A DNA stretch of 64,000 nt from Mobula birostris. Its lineage: Eukaryota. Position 1 is the stretch's first letter. Each line of letters opens with the position of its first letter. Positions 38,269 to 49,600 of this stretch are shown here, one piece after another. The stretch spans positions 29,537,144-29,601,143 of the forward strand of contig NC_092380.1 in assembly GCF_030028105.1 (NCBI RefSeq). The letters run 5' to 3'. The position numbers and the translations under genes are program-made. A model generated the notes under the pieces. That model was given only the letters and a program-made list of their open reading frames with translations. It searched no databases and had not been told where the DNA came from.

Positions 38269-38694
38269 TGTGTTTGTGAGTCCGGTCACATCGCTGGATT
38301 TTTCATCCCCATCAAGAGAAAATAAAACAATTTGCCTGCTCCGGGATGGCACAGCTCCCGAGCTCAGTCCTGAAGTGGGAATTAACCGCGATTTTTTAGT
38401 TGATTTCAATATTTCAGTCGGGAAACAGAGAAAATGTCCCGATCCCGGGGAAGAATGAGGTCAGTGCAGCAGTGAAACGGGTTGATATAGAAACTGCTGC
38501 ATTTAATTCGGACCAAACTTTCTTTACAGCAGAGAATCCGGCCTCGGGCACAGACAGAGAGCGGTCTGGGTCTTGGGGATGTCCTATTTTAATCGGAATC
38601 GGAGAGTTTTTCGGGAGAGAGAAACACAGACAGACGGAGAGGCCGGGAGCTGACTGCAGGATGTCTCCGCCCCGTCCGCTCGCTGCCTTTAAAT
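38269..38694 (+). promoter_or_regulatory. H1 promoter (TG box 38269, AC box 38622)
   Basis: As in unit 1. Confidence 0.75.
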
Positions 38695-38770
38695 TGCTCA
38701 GCACCGCCGCCTCTCGCTTCATTTCTCACTCACTTCAGAGTTCGAGAGAGTTTGTACAGAGGTTCCGACC

Positions 38771-39394
38771 ATGACCGAGACCGCAGAAGTGGCCCCACCA
38801 GCGGCACCCGCCTCTGCAACCAAGGCTGCCAAGAAGAAGAAGGCGGCCGTCCGGACCAAGTCAACCGGTCCCAAACTGGGCGATCAGATCGACAAGATTG
38901 TGGCCGATTGCCGCAGTCAGAGAGGGGTGTCCGTAGCCGCGATAAAGAAGAGTTTGGCCAGCAGCGGCGTCGATGTACAAAAGCTGAAAGGTCAGATCAG
39001 GATGGCCATTAAAAGGAAATTGGATAAAGGCACCCTGGTTCACACTAAGGGCGCAGGTGCCTCCGGCTCCTTGAGAGCCGCTAAAAAAGAACATACCGGG
39101 AAAGTCGTGAAAAAAGCGAAGAAATCAGCGGCCAAGGCATCTAAGACCAAGAAGGCAGTGACCAAGAAATCTGTGGCCAGGAAAACAGGTGCCAAGAAAT
39201 CTCCCGCCAAGACCAAAGGGGTTAAGAAAACTGCGGTTAAAAAAGCGGCAGCTAAGAAAACAGCGACCAAGAAGACCGCGCAGAAGCCCAAGAGTCCGAA
39301 GAAGGTCGCAGCCCCCAAGGTGGCCAAGAAGTCGGCAAAACCCAAGCCGAAGGCAAAATCTGTGAAAGCCAAGAAGACAGCGGCCAAAAAGTAA
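38771..39394 (+). CDS. H1: Histone H1 (207 aa), copy 2
   Basis: Near-identical to copy 1. Stem-loop at 39419-39434. Confidence 0.95.
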   Translation: MTETAEVAPPAAPASATKAAKKKKAAVRTKSTGPKLGDQIDKIVADCRSQRGVSVAAIKKSLASSGVDVQKLKGQIRMAIKRKLDKGTLVHTKGAGASGSLRAAKKEHTGKVVKKAKKSAAKASKTKKAVTKKSVARKTGAKKSPAKTKGVKKTAVKKAAAKKTATKKTAQKPKSPKKVAAPKVAKKSAKPKPKAKSVKAKKTAAKK

Positions 39395-39418
39395 ATACAG
39401 TAAAAACCCGAAACCAAA

Positions 39419-39459
39419 GGCTCTTTTAAGAGCCACCCACATCTCCCAGATAAGAGCTG
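39419..39459 (+). terminator. Histone 3' stem-loop plus HDE
   Basis: GGCTCTTTTAAGAGCCACCCA...AAGAGCTG. Confidence 0.95.
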
Positions 39460-39511
39460 ATCCAGAATCGCGCGATTCCATATCCTGGTCGGTTTAGATG
39501 TCAGTACGAAC

Positions 39512-39605
39512 TGTTTACTTTTCCTATATTGCATAGTACTGCTGCCGCTAAATTAATAAACTTCACGATATATGCCGGTAATATTAAACCTGATTCTGAT
39601 TCAAT
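39512..39605 (+). mobile_element. LINE 3' tail (TGATTC repeats) shared by units 2 and 3
   Basis: ...GCCGGTAATATTAAACCTGATTCTGATTC, also at ~60200-60305. Replaces unit 1 sequence ~21990-22275. Confidence 0.6.
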
Positions 39606-40349
39606 AAAGAACTCGCGCTTCTGAAGGATTGCGCGGAGCGCTGTATTTCAATTCCATGTTCGACGCTGTCTCTCTCCGGCAGGTCAGGTCGCATCAGTTT
39701 GCAGGGACTTGGTGCGGGACGAGATAAATAATGTAATTATTTGTTTGCAATTATTTATATGTTTCTACAAATATTTCAGTTCAGCGTTTGGGTTCATGCA
39801 ATCCTTTTGCGGCTTTGTTTTCTCCAAAAACTATTTAGTAAATGCAATAAATAAAATTGATCTCAATCCCCTGCCTGTCCTCCCGTTTCCGGCAGAAGCG
39901 AATGCACTCACCTCGAGAAGCTATTCGCTTAATATGCAAACATTCATATAACTAATTGAGAGAAGTAAAAACAATTCTTTCAATGAAAGTAAAATTTGAT
40001 AATTCATGATTTCTAGTTATTGTAAGAAACTAGCTCCGGCTGCTTTAGAAATTGGCGGGCGATTTGAAATTAACCGGGGATCCAATCTGCTGTCGGATTG
40101 GCTGAATAGTGACCCTAGGCGCCAGTTTCCATATTTGGTCACAGATACTATTCCCCGCCCCCCCGTCGGCCAGCTTCAAACTGATTAAGGACAGGCATCC
40201 AATCGCACTGCTGAGACCCTATGATGGACATCTCCATTCCAACCAATCAGAGGGAGCTGGGCGGCCCTTCATCAACTCTTTAAAAGCCAGACCCAGCGTC
40301 TGCTCTGACACTTCAATCCTGATATTTCAGGCTGTAATCGCACTGCTGA

Positions 40350-40766
<417 letters not shown>

Positions 40767-40795
40767 ACCCGACCTCGGCACCAAGCACAACAAAA

Positions 40796-40837
40796 GGCTC
40801 TTTTCAGAGCCACTAATCCGGCAGAGAAAAGGGCTGT
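40796..40837 (+). terminator. Histone 3' stem-loop plus HDE
   Basis: GGCTCTTTTCAGAGCC...GAGAAAAGGGCTGT. Confidence 0.95.
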
Positions 40838-41419
40838 CAATTCCTGTTCACTACCCCTTTGTTAATCATGCCATTCCCTTCTGTCCTTTCCCCGTGGGAG
40901 TTTTGTTGAATAAGACATTACAGCTTCTCACAAACCCCTCCTCCCCCCCCCCAACACATATGGCCGACTCCCCTCAACACAGAATCAGTAGTTCGGTGCA
41001 GCTGGATTAACGGGAGTCAGCTGTTAGTGTGTCCCTGTCCCACACCCCATCCGTGTACGGTTGGTTATTGTGGGCAAGTTTTCCTGGTATTTGGGGCTCG
41101 AGAATGAGTCTTAATAAATGCAATTCTTCCATTTGGTAACCAGCCCCGTTTCTGGCCGAATCCATAATAGGTTCACGGGGACGCAAGTCTACAGATGCTG
41201 GAATTCCGGGTTTTTCACAGAAGGAAAAAAAGTCTCGTTGGAAACTCGCCTGAGACCGCAGTTTGAGAAGAGACCGGTACACACAGACCGACCGCCAATA
41301 TCGACTTTTCGAAGTTCAATAACTAGAAACATTCAAATTGGTAAGTTAAATAACGTCCGGGTTGTTCTTGTAAAATAAATCTTCACCGAATTAGTGATTC
41401 AATGCATACTTTTCCAGAC

Positions 41420-41796
41420 ATCCCACCTCTCCGGAAGTTCCGGGAGCCTCCTGTATTATAATAGTCGCTCCCTGATGCCCGCAAATTATATACAATATTC
41501 CCAAAATCATTTTTTTGAGACCGACTACGAGAGAGAGAGAGCACGTCATGGCGGAGTGTTCCAAAAAACGGAAAATATAAAACGTACGTCACCCCAGACT
41601 ACACCAAAGTGTACCCCTGCCTAATAGGGGTCAAAAATAATGAGTGTTGCTCGTTGCACTTGTTTGCAACAGTGACTTTTCTATTGTCTATGGTGGGTTA
41701 AAATGTAAAAGACATGTTGAGGTGAGTTTAACAGCTGCCATTCCTTTATTAGCATAGCTAACGTTATTTAAACTAGCTGCTAAGGCGCTACTCTAG
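41420..41796. mobile_element. Unit-2-specific insertion, probably a hAT-like DNA transposon end
   Basis: Flanked by duplicated TTTTCCAGAC and absent in units 1 and 3. Begins ATCCCACCTCTCCGGAAGTTCCGGGAG. Confidence 0.5.
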
Positions 41797-42634
41797 TTTT
41801 CCAGACTGCAGATCAATAAATAACTTTCGGCGGGATTTTCACATTTCCGGGAAACTGGCGGTTATTTTCGGCGCTTTTCTTTCTGCTCTCTGTTCATTGG
41901 TGAATAAGGCAGCTCTCTGATTGGCTTACTGGGCTCGTCAGCAGTGAATCGGAATTTCACCTGCAGACCCTTCATGTATCGGGTGCTCAAGGCCCGATAC
42001 CGCCCAACCTGGCCTATTTAGTCATGTGCATCCAAATATCCCGAAACCACGTCCTTAACAATCGATGCTCAACAAATGAGGTCAAACTAACTGGCCTATA
42101 ATTTCCTTTTTCTTCTTTTCTTCTTGTGTTGTTTATGAAGGTTGGTAAACCAGTTTTAGGTGCATTACCGCCACCTGCTAGACTGGAGTGTGGATTGTTG
42201 GATAAATAGGAGAAGGGAAAATAATTGCATTCTCTATGTTCTATATAATAAACCTGAGTCTTTCAGATACTTCATGATACGGATCAGTATTTCTCTTCAA
42301 TTCCCACTTAAAATGTCTTCTATACCCACATCAGCTTTTTTGTTTATCTTTAGTGCTCCTATCATGTTCACTCTTTCTTTTTGAAACTTCTTACATGCTA
42401 TCAATACATGTTCAACTGTTTCTGGTTGATTATGGTATTCACACAACCCAGTTGGATGTTTCCCTATTTTGTGTAATGTGTGATTAAGATTAGTGTGTCC
42501 AATTCTCAAACGACTGATGATCACTTCTGTCTTTCTATATCCACTTGACAATCTTTTGTATCTGACTTGCCTCTGTATTTTGTACAGTTGTCTCCCTGTT
42601 TCATTCTCATCGCAATGCTTCTGCCATGTCTCCT

Positions 42635-44180
42635 GGATCCTAGCTATGCCTGCCTTTTTGTTGGCTTTGTGGAACAATCTATGTTTCAAACCTATTCTGG
42701 CATCTGTCCCCCACTTTTCCTTCGCTACATCAACAACTGCATTGGTGCTGCTTCCTGCACGCATGCTGAGCTTGTTGACTTCATTAACTTTGCCTCCAAC
42801 TTTCACCGTGCCCTCAAGTTTACCTGGTCCATTTCCGACACCTCCCTCCCCTTTCGAGATCTTTCTGTCTCTATCTCTGGAGACAGCTTATCTACTGATG
42901 TATACTATAAGCCTACTGACTCTCACAGCTATCTGGACTATTCCTCTTCTCACCCTGTCTCTTGCAAAAATGCCATCCCCTTCTCGCAATTCCTCCGTCT
43001 CCGCTGCATCTGCTCTCAGGATGAGGCTTTTCATTCCAGGACGAAGGAGATGTCCTCCTTTTTTAAAGAAAGGGGCTTCCCTTCCTCCGCCATCAACTCT
43101 GCTCTCAAATGCATCTCCCCCATTTCACGCACACTCTCACTCAATCCTCCCGCAACCCCACTAGGAATAGGGTTCCCCTGGTCCTCACCTACCACTCCAC
43201 CAGCCTCCGGCTCCAACAAATTATTGTCCGTAACTTCCGCCACCTCCACCAGGATCCCACCAATAAGCACATCTTTCCCTCCCCCTCCCGCTGCTTTCCA
43301 CAGGGATCGCTCCCTACGCGACTCCCTTGTCCATTCTTCACCCCCATCCCTCCCCACTGATCTCCTTCCTGGCACTTATCCTTGTAAGTGGAACAAGTGC
43401 TACACATGCCCTTACACTTCCTCCCTTACCACCATTCAGGGCCCCAGACAGTCCTTCCAGGTGAGGTGACACTTCACCTGTGAGTCAGCTGGGGTGATAT
43501 ACTGCGTCTGGTGCTCCTGATGTGGCCTTCTATATATTGGCGAGACCCGATGCAGACTGGGAGATCGTTTTGCTGAACACCTACGTTCTGTCCGCCAGAG
43601 AAAGCAGGATCTCCCAGTGGCCACACATTTTAATTCCACGTCCCATTCCCATTCTGATATGTCTATCCACGGCCTCCTCTACTGTAAAGATGAAGCCACA
43701 CTCAGGTTGGAAGAACAACACCTTATATTCTGTCTGGGTAGCCTCCAACCTGATGACATGAACATTGACTTCTCAAACTTCCACTAATGCCCCACCTCCC
43801 CCTCGTACCCCATCCATTATTTATTTATATACACACATTCTTTTTCTCTCTCTCCTTTTTCTCCTTCTGTCCCTCTCACTATACCCCTTGCCCATCCTCT
43901 GGGTTCCCCCACCCACCCTTTTCCTTCTCCCTAGGCCTCCTGTCCCATGATCCTCTCATATCCCTTTTGTCAATCAGCTGTCCAGCTCTTGGCTCCATCC
44001 CTCCCCCTCCTGTCTTCTCCTATCATTTTGGATCCCCCCTCCCCCACCCACTTTCAAATCTCTTACTATCCCTTCTTTCAGTTAGTCCTGATGAAGGGTC
44101 TTGACCCAAAACGTCGACAGTACCGCTTCCTAGAGATGCTGCCTGGCCTGCTGCATTCACCAGCAACTTTGATGTGTGTT
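42635..44180 (+). mobile_element. Penelope-like element, 5'-truncated (RT C-terminus, GIY-YIG, pLTR)
   Basis: PSYACLFVG...RYINNCIG...LPFRDL...TDVYYKPTDSHSYLDYSSSHP; VIYCVWCS*CGLLYIGET. 3' end carries a hammerhead motif. Confidence 0.9.
44083..44120 (+). ncRNA. Minimal type I hammerhead ribozyme motif (degenerate)
   Basis: GTC-CTGATGA-A-GGGTC/TT/GACCC-AAAA(GAAA mutated)-CGTC-GAC. Confidence 0.6.
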
Positions 44181-45743
44181 CCCTGTAATACCAAGATATT
44201 TCTCTGCAGACTTGTCTATAATTTTAATTTTTTCTGTTCTTTTGTCTGCTTGCGCTGAACAGTTAATTGCATCTACCATAAACAGTACAAAATCTTTTCT
44301 TTTTATTATTAGTGTGTCCTTATTTATCATATTACAGCCCTCACAGTTCACTAGTTTATTATTCCCTGTATTTGTTTGCTTAGTAGCTTTCTCCTTTTCA
44401 GCGAAACCTTTCACTGCCTCAGCGTAACTAATCCCTTGAGTTACTTTAACATATTGTATCTCAGCTGCCTTCTTGCTAATAATGCACCCTCGATAAGCTG
44501 CAGTGTTCCTCACCACAATTGCAACATTTCAGCCTAGCTCCCGCCTCACACTTTCCGTATTCATGTTCTCCAGCACATCTCCCACATCTTTGTTTCCCTC
44601 TGCAGACCGCTGCAATATGCCCAAATTTCTGACATTTAAAACATCTTAAAGGCAGTGGTATATATATATTCTGACCTCATAACATATATACCCTAAACAA
44701 TCTCTCTTCATCAAAGTTAATCATCACCGATAAACTATCACACTTTTTTCCATCTCTTGTAACTTTCAAATGTTTGGTCTCAATAATCTTTGCTCCTTTT
44801 ATGTTCTATTTAATCTCATCCATAGTAACTTTTGTTGCTATCTCCGAAATAACTCCTCTAGTCCACTTTCTATTGTCAAGTATTGAACATTGTACTATTT
44901 CACAGTCTATTTTATTTAATCTTATCACTTTGCCTTGCTGAGTGCTATCCCGACATATCACTAATAGCAATCCATTTTGTAATACCTTGGTTCTTTTAAC
45001 TTCGCCTGTACATTTGTTGATTACTTTAGTCAAATAAATTGGGTTCCAATCCCCGAAAGATGCTCCGACTTCACTCAGTTTTATAATTGCTTTAATCTCA
45101 TCTTCTTCCATTCTTTTGCTATCCCTTTTCAATCATCCCCTGGCCCCTCAGAATTTGACTGCTCATACCTCTGTTTTCTTTTCTTACTCTTTACACTCCA
45201 TTCCTCTTTCCCGCCATCTTCCATCTCTAACTCACTTCCCGAATTGTCACTTCCTCCTGCCATCCTCTGTCCATTCACAGTCTAGTTGTTTAGCCAACCA
45301 CCATCGTCTTCTGAAACACCAGCAAAAATCCAAAGCAAAACACTGCAGGCAGAACTCCAGTCGTCTCCCCTATAACTTCCTTTCTTCCTCTCTCCCTTCT
45401 TGAAGACTGGAGAGACATTTGCAATTTTCCAGTCCTCCAGAACCATGGCAGAATCCATTGATTCCTGAAAGATCATTACTCATGCCAACTGGCCCTGTCT
45501 ACCATCTCCTCTTTCAGTTTCCTAAGTACCTCCACCCTAGTAATAGCAATTGCACGCACTTCTGCTCCCTGACACTCTCGAATTTAATGCATCCTGCTCA
45601 TGTGTTCCACAGGCAAAAAATTGAGGAGAAACCACTTCACCAACAGAATGGTGTCCCTTTGGACCCCACCACGGAGAGCGAGAGGGGAACAGCAGGGATG
45701 GATTTAAAATGGCTGTTGTGAAACAGAAACGGTAGCAAGGACC

Positions 45744-45873
45744 NNNNNNNNNNNNNNNNNNNNNNNNNNNNNNNNNNNNNNNNNNNNNNNNNNNNNNNNN
45801 NNNNNNNNNNNNNNNNNNNNNNNNNNNNNNNNNNNNNNNNNNNNNNNNNNNNNNNNNNNNNNNNNNNNNNNNN
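45744..45873. other. Assembly gap (130 N)
   Basis: Run of N. Confidence 1.
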
Positions 45874-46135
45874 ATATTTCTATCTCCTGACTGCACACAA
45901 GGTGTGTTGTAAATTCACTAGGTACCTGAGACAGAGTTTGAAATAGAACTGATTTATGTGTCAGAGATCCAGAACATTAAACTCCAGTCCCATTACAGGT
46001 GAACTTTAGTAGAAACACCTCCCAGTCCCAGTGACCAGGGTGCAGAACTGGATGTGGTGAGCAGCAGCAATAATTGCGGAGTTCGACACCAACAGTCAAT
46101 TGTGAACTTGCCTCTGGATTGAGCATGCAGCTTAT

Positions 46136-46304
46136 TTAAACATTTTCCCCAGTGTGAGCTTGCTTGTGTGTCACAAGGTTGGATGACAGAGTGAATCGGT
46201 TCGGGCAGTCTGGGCAGGTGAATGGTCTGTCCTCAGTGTGAGGTGACTGGTGTGGTCGGTAGGTGGGATCAGTGAGTGTACCCCTTCCCCCACAGTCTGA
46301 GCTG
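46136..46304 (-). pseudogene. C2H2 zinc-finger remnant, copy 2 (one finger deleted)
   Basis: As copy 1 minus 84 bp. Confidence 0.8.
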
Positions 46305-46652
46305 CTAAATAAGGGCCACTCATTTCAAACAGAGACGTGTGGAAATTTCTGGAATTCTATGTCTGAGTGTACAGTCTCTGGGATTCTCTACCCCTGTGAG
46401 TGGGGAGGCCTCATGTCTAAGTATATGTCAGGCAGAGATAAATAAATATTTAAGAAATTGAGGAACTGGGGGTTATAGGAACAGGTATAGGAGCTGGGAT
46501 CAGTGACAATTGTGTGAATAACCACAAGACTATAAGATACAGGAGCAGAATTAGGCCATTCAGCCCCTTGAGCCTGTTCTGCCAATCCATCATGGCTGAT
46601 TTGGCATCCTTATTGACACCATTCTCCTGTCTTCTCCTTGTTATTCTTCTCC

Positions 46653-49600
46653 CGGAGTTATTCATTATGGACTGTGCTTCTAAAAAGAGATAGAGAGCGT
46701 GCCGCTCTACAGCACAAACAGCTTATTATTGAGAGAGACAGTGAGGAAAAGGCTGCTCACAGTTTGTCTGGGATTTCTGCAAGGACACTGCCAGCTTCTG
46801 AGTTCCTACAGAGAGAGAAGGGAGGAGCTACTTGATGGACAGCTGGTGTTCAGCTCGACAATATTTAAACCAGCGTAATTGCCTGTTTCACAGGACACGC
46901 AGACACACTAAGGTGTGGTGAAGTTACCACTATCCTCTTCAGGTACCCACGAGTGTGGGACTGAGGATCGATTTTGAGGGATCAATCTGTGATTATTAGT
47001 GCATGAAAGAACGACCCTGTGGAGTTTACCCGAGTGTCTAAACTTTACCTGCGTTGGTAGATTATCACTTGAAGATGGTGCTCTTAAGTTGGTCAAGTTT
47101 GGCTAACTTGGAAGTCTCAGAGGGTAACGGGAAGATTGACGGCATCAACTCACCTGAAGAACTAGATCTCGATCTCTCTCTCTCTCTCTCTCACACACAC
47201 ATTCTCTTTCTCTCTCTTCCCCCCCCCAAACAATACCACAAACGGAACTGATTTCATTTACCAATCATCGTAAGTCTGTATCCATTTACCTCCTAACCTT
47301 GAAGAAGCTTGGCTTTTATATTTTTCCACATATATATATATATAAAATCATTGCTAACCTGTTTGATAGATCTGAATTTATACTACTGTATTGCATAATT
47401 ACTAATAAATGAGCATTAGTTAACAGCAATACCAGACTCCAAGATGTTTTCCATTACTGCTGGTACGTTAACCTGTTATGGGGTACATTACAAAAATTGT
47501 GGCCTGCGTCCAGGATTTAAACAAATTGTTTGGAGGCTTATTTGAATTGATTGGAGAAAATCCCTTTTGATTGGTCGTGTGGAAAAACGGCAGACATGGA
47601 TGTTCAAGATTTTCTGGCAGGGCCAGACCCTGTGGTTTTGAAGAGAGCTAGAAAGGATGAGTTGTGGAAAATTGTTGAGGAACTCGAACTTAAGGAGGTC
47701 AAGAAGGGTATGGCTAAGGTAGAAATTCAAAGAAAAGTAGTTGAATATTATATTTTGACAAAGCAATTTACTGAGGATGCGTTGAAAATGTTCGCGCAAG
47801 GTAAACCTACTAAGGCTGAGGTTCAGCTTCAGTTGGCAAAATTAAAGATGGAGCATGAATTTCAATTAAAAAGGCTTGAGGCTAGGGAGGCAGCAAAACA
47901 GAGACAGTTCGAGAGGGAGATGTGACAGCTGGGAGGTCCAGTGTTGGACCCTAATGATTTTTACAGCTTGAAAGAGCTTGTGTTGATTGAAGAATTTAAG
48001 AAGTGTGTCCCTGATGATGTAAGGCATACCAAGATGAAGAGGATACCGACACCCTGCAGGGGTCTGCTAAGACAGCAGACGAGGTTGTTTTAACCCACAA
48101 GGTTGAGTTTACTCCAGATGAGGGTTTCCCAGAGAGTAGCTGGGAGGTTCAGGGTAACCTTGAATTTGAAACTGGGACAAGTGATGATAGCCTAGAAGAG
48201 GCAGCTGTCCCGATTGCCTGTGTTCAGGTTGTTGAAGTACCTGTGGATTCACAGAGTACTGAACCTTGTGTTGAAGCTCAGTTAAGGTCTGAGGTGTCTG
48301 ACTCGGTTGACAAGGAATGCAGACCTTTTTTGTCAGATGGTTTTGGTTCAGTGAATAAGGGGTTAACCTTGATACCAGTGGAAATTGAGTATTCACAGTC
48401 ACTTGTAATAGACAGTGTTCTAAAAGTTGGTGAGGAGATGAAAATTGGTAAGGTAAATGTTACTGAAGATATTGAAGAAAGTGTTGTTTCTGGACTTTTG
48501 AATAAAGTACTTGTGAAGTTTGGATTGATTTCATGACCTTTGACCCTGCATTCAGGATAGCGGCCTACTGAAGAAGTATGTGCCACTCTGTTGAATTTTG
48601 GTTTAACATTTGGATGTAAACACCTTCAAAGTTGTGGAGTTGCTTTTCACGATTGTGATGTGGAGAAAAAGGATTGTTTTGGTTTTGAGAGGCCATTTGA
48701 AGAGGTTACTATGGAGATGGATTGAGCTGAAGGTTGTAACAATGGAATAAATGGATTGTTTGGAATTTTCACAATATACATATGGTTTTCGTAAGTCTGG
48801 GGATAGTGCTGAGTTTAGTAAACATTGGGGGTAGGTTGACACTTATCCAGGGTGATGTTTATTCAGCAGTGCAGCTAACGAGAAAGCCTGCTGCTGCTGA
48901 AGACCCAGCCATGGATACTGATGTTTACCCCACACGCGCAGTAACTCGAAGCATGTCAAAAAAGTCTGCTGATGCTCATGATGATTTATCAGAGACTTTC
49001 CTGCCATCCCTATTCCAATAGGACTTAGAGGGTAGTAAGGCTGATGAGAAAGGCTCGTCCTTATCTAGAAAGGAATTCATAGACGAACAGAAGCGATATT
49101 CTGAAGTTGTGACTTTAAAGGAGACATCCCTCTCTGATGATGAATTTCAGAAAGAGTCAGTGGGATACTACCTTAAAGATGGGGTGTTACTGAGGAAGTG
49201 GAGACCAACCACTGTGCTTGAAATTGAGGATTGGTCTATTGTGAACCAAGTTGTGGTCCCAAAAGTTTACAGGACTGAAATTTTAAACCTAGCCCATAAT
49301 AACCCTTTAGGCGGACATTTTGAGGTAAAGAAGACAGTGCACAGGATTATGAGGGAATTTTATTGGCCCAATATGAGGAAGGATACTGTGAATAATTGCA
49401 AAATTTGCCATATGTGTCAGGTGGTGGGAAAACCTAATCAGGCCATCCCAAAAGCTCCACTTTGGCCAATACCTGCTTTTGGTGAACCGTGTTCCTGAAT
49501 CATAGTGGATTGTATTGGCCCACTGCCAAGAACTGCAGCTGGCCATCAGTATGTGTTAACTAAAATGTGTGCCACTTCTAGGTTCCCTGAAGCAGTTCCT

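Larger units (their letters stand above)
42110..45368 (-). mobile_element. I/Nimb-clade LINE, internally deleted, ~15-bp TSD
   Basis: TSD CCTATAA(T/C)TTCCTTT at 42095-42109 and 45369-45383. ORF1 with CCHC knuckles (~44500-44640). ORF2 C-terminus IISRLRIGHTNLN...ETVEHVLIAC. AAG-rich tail. Confidence 0.8.
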
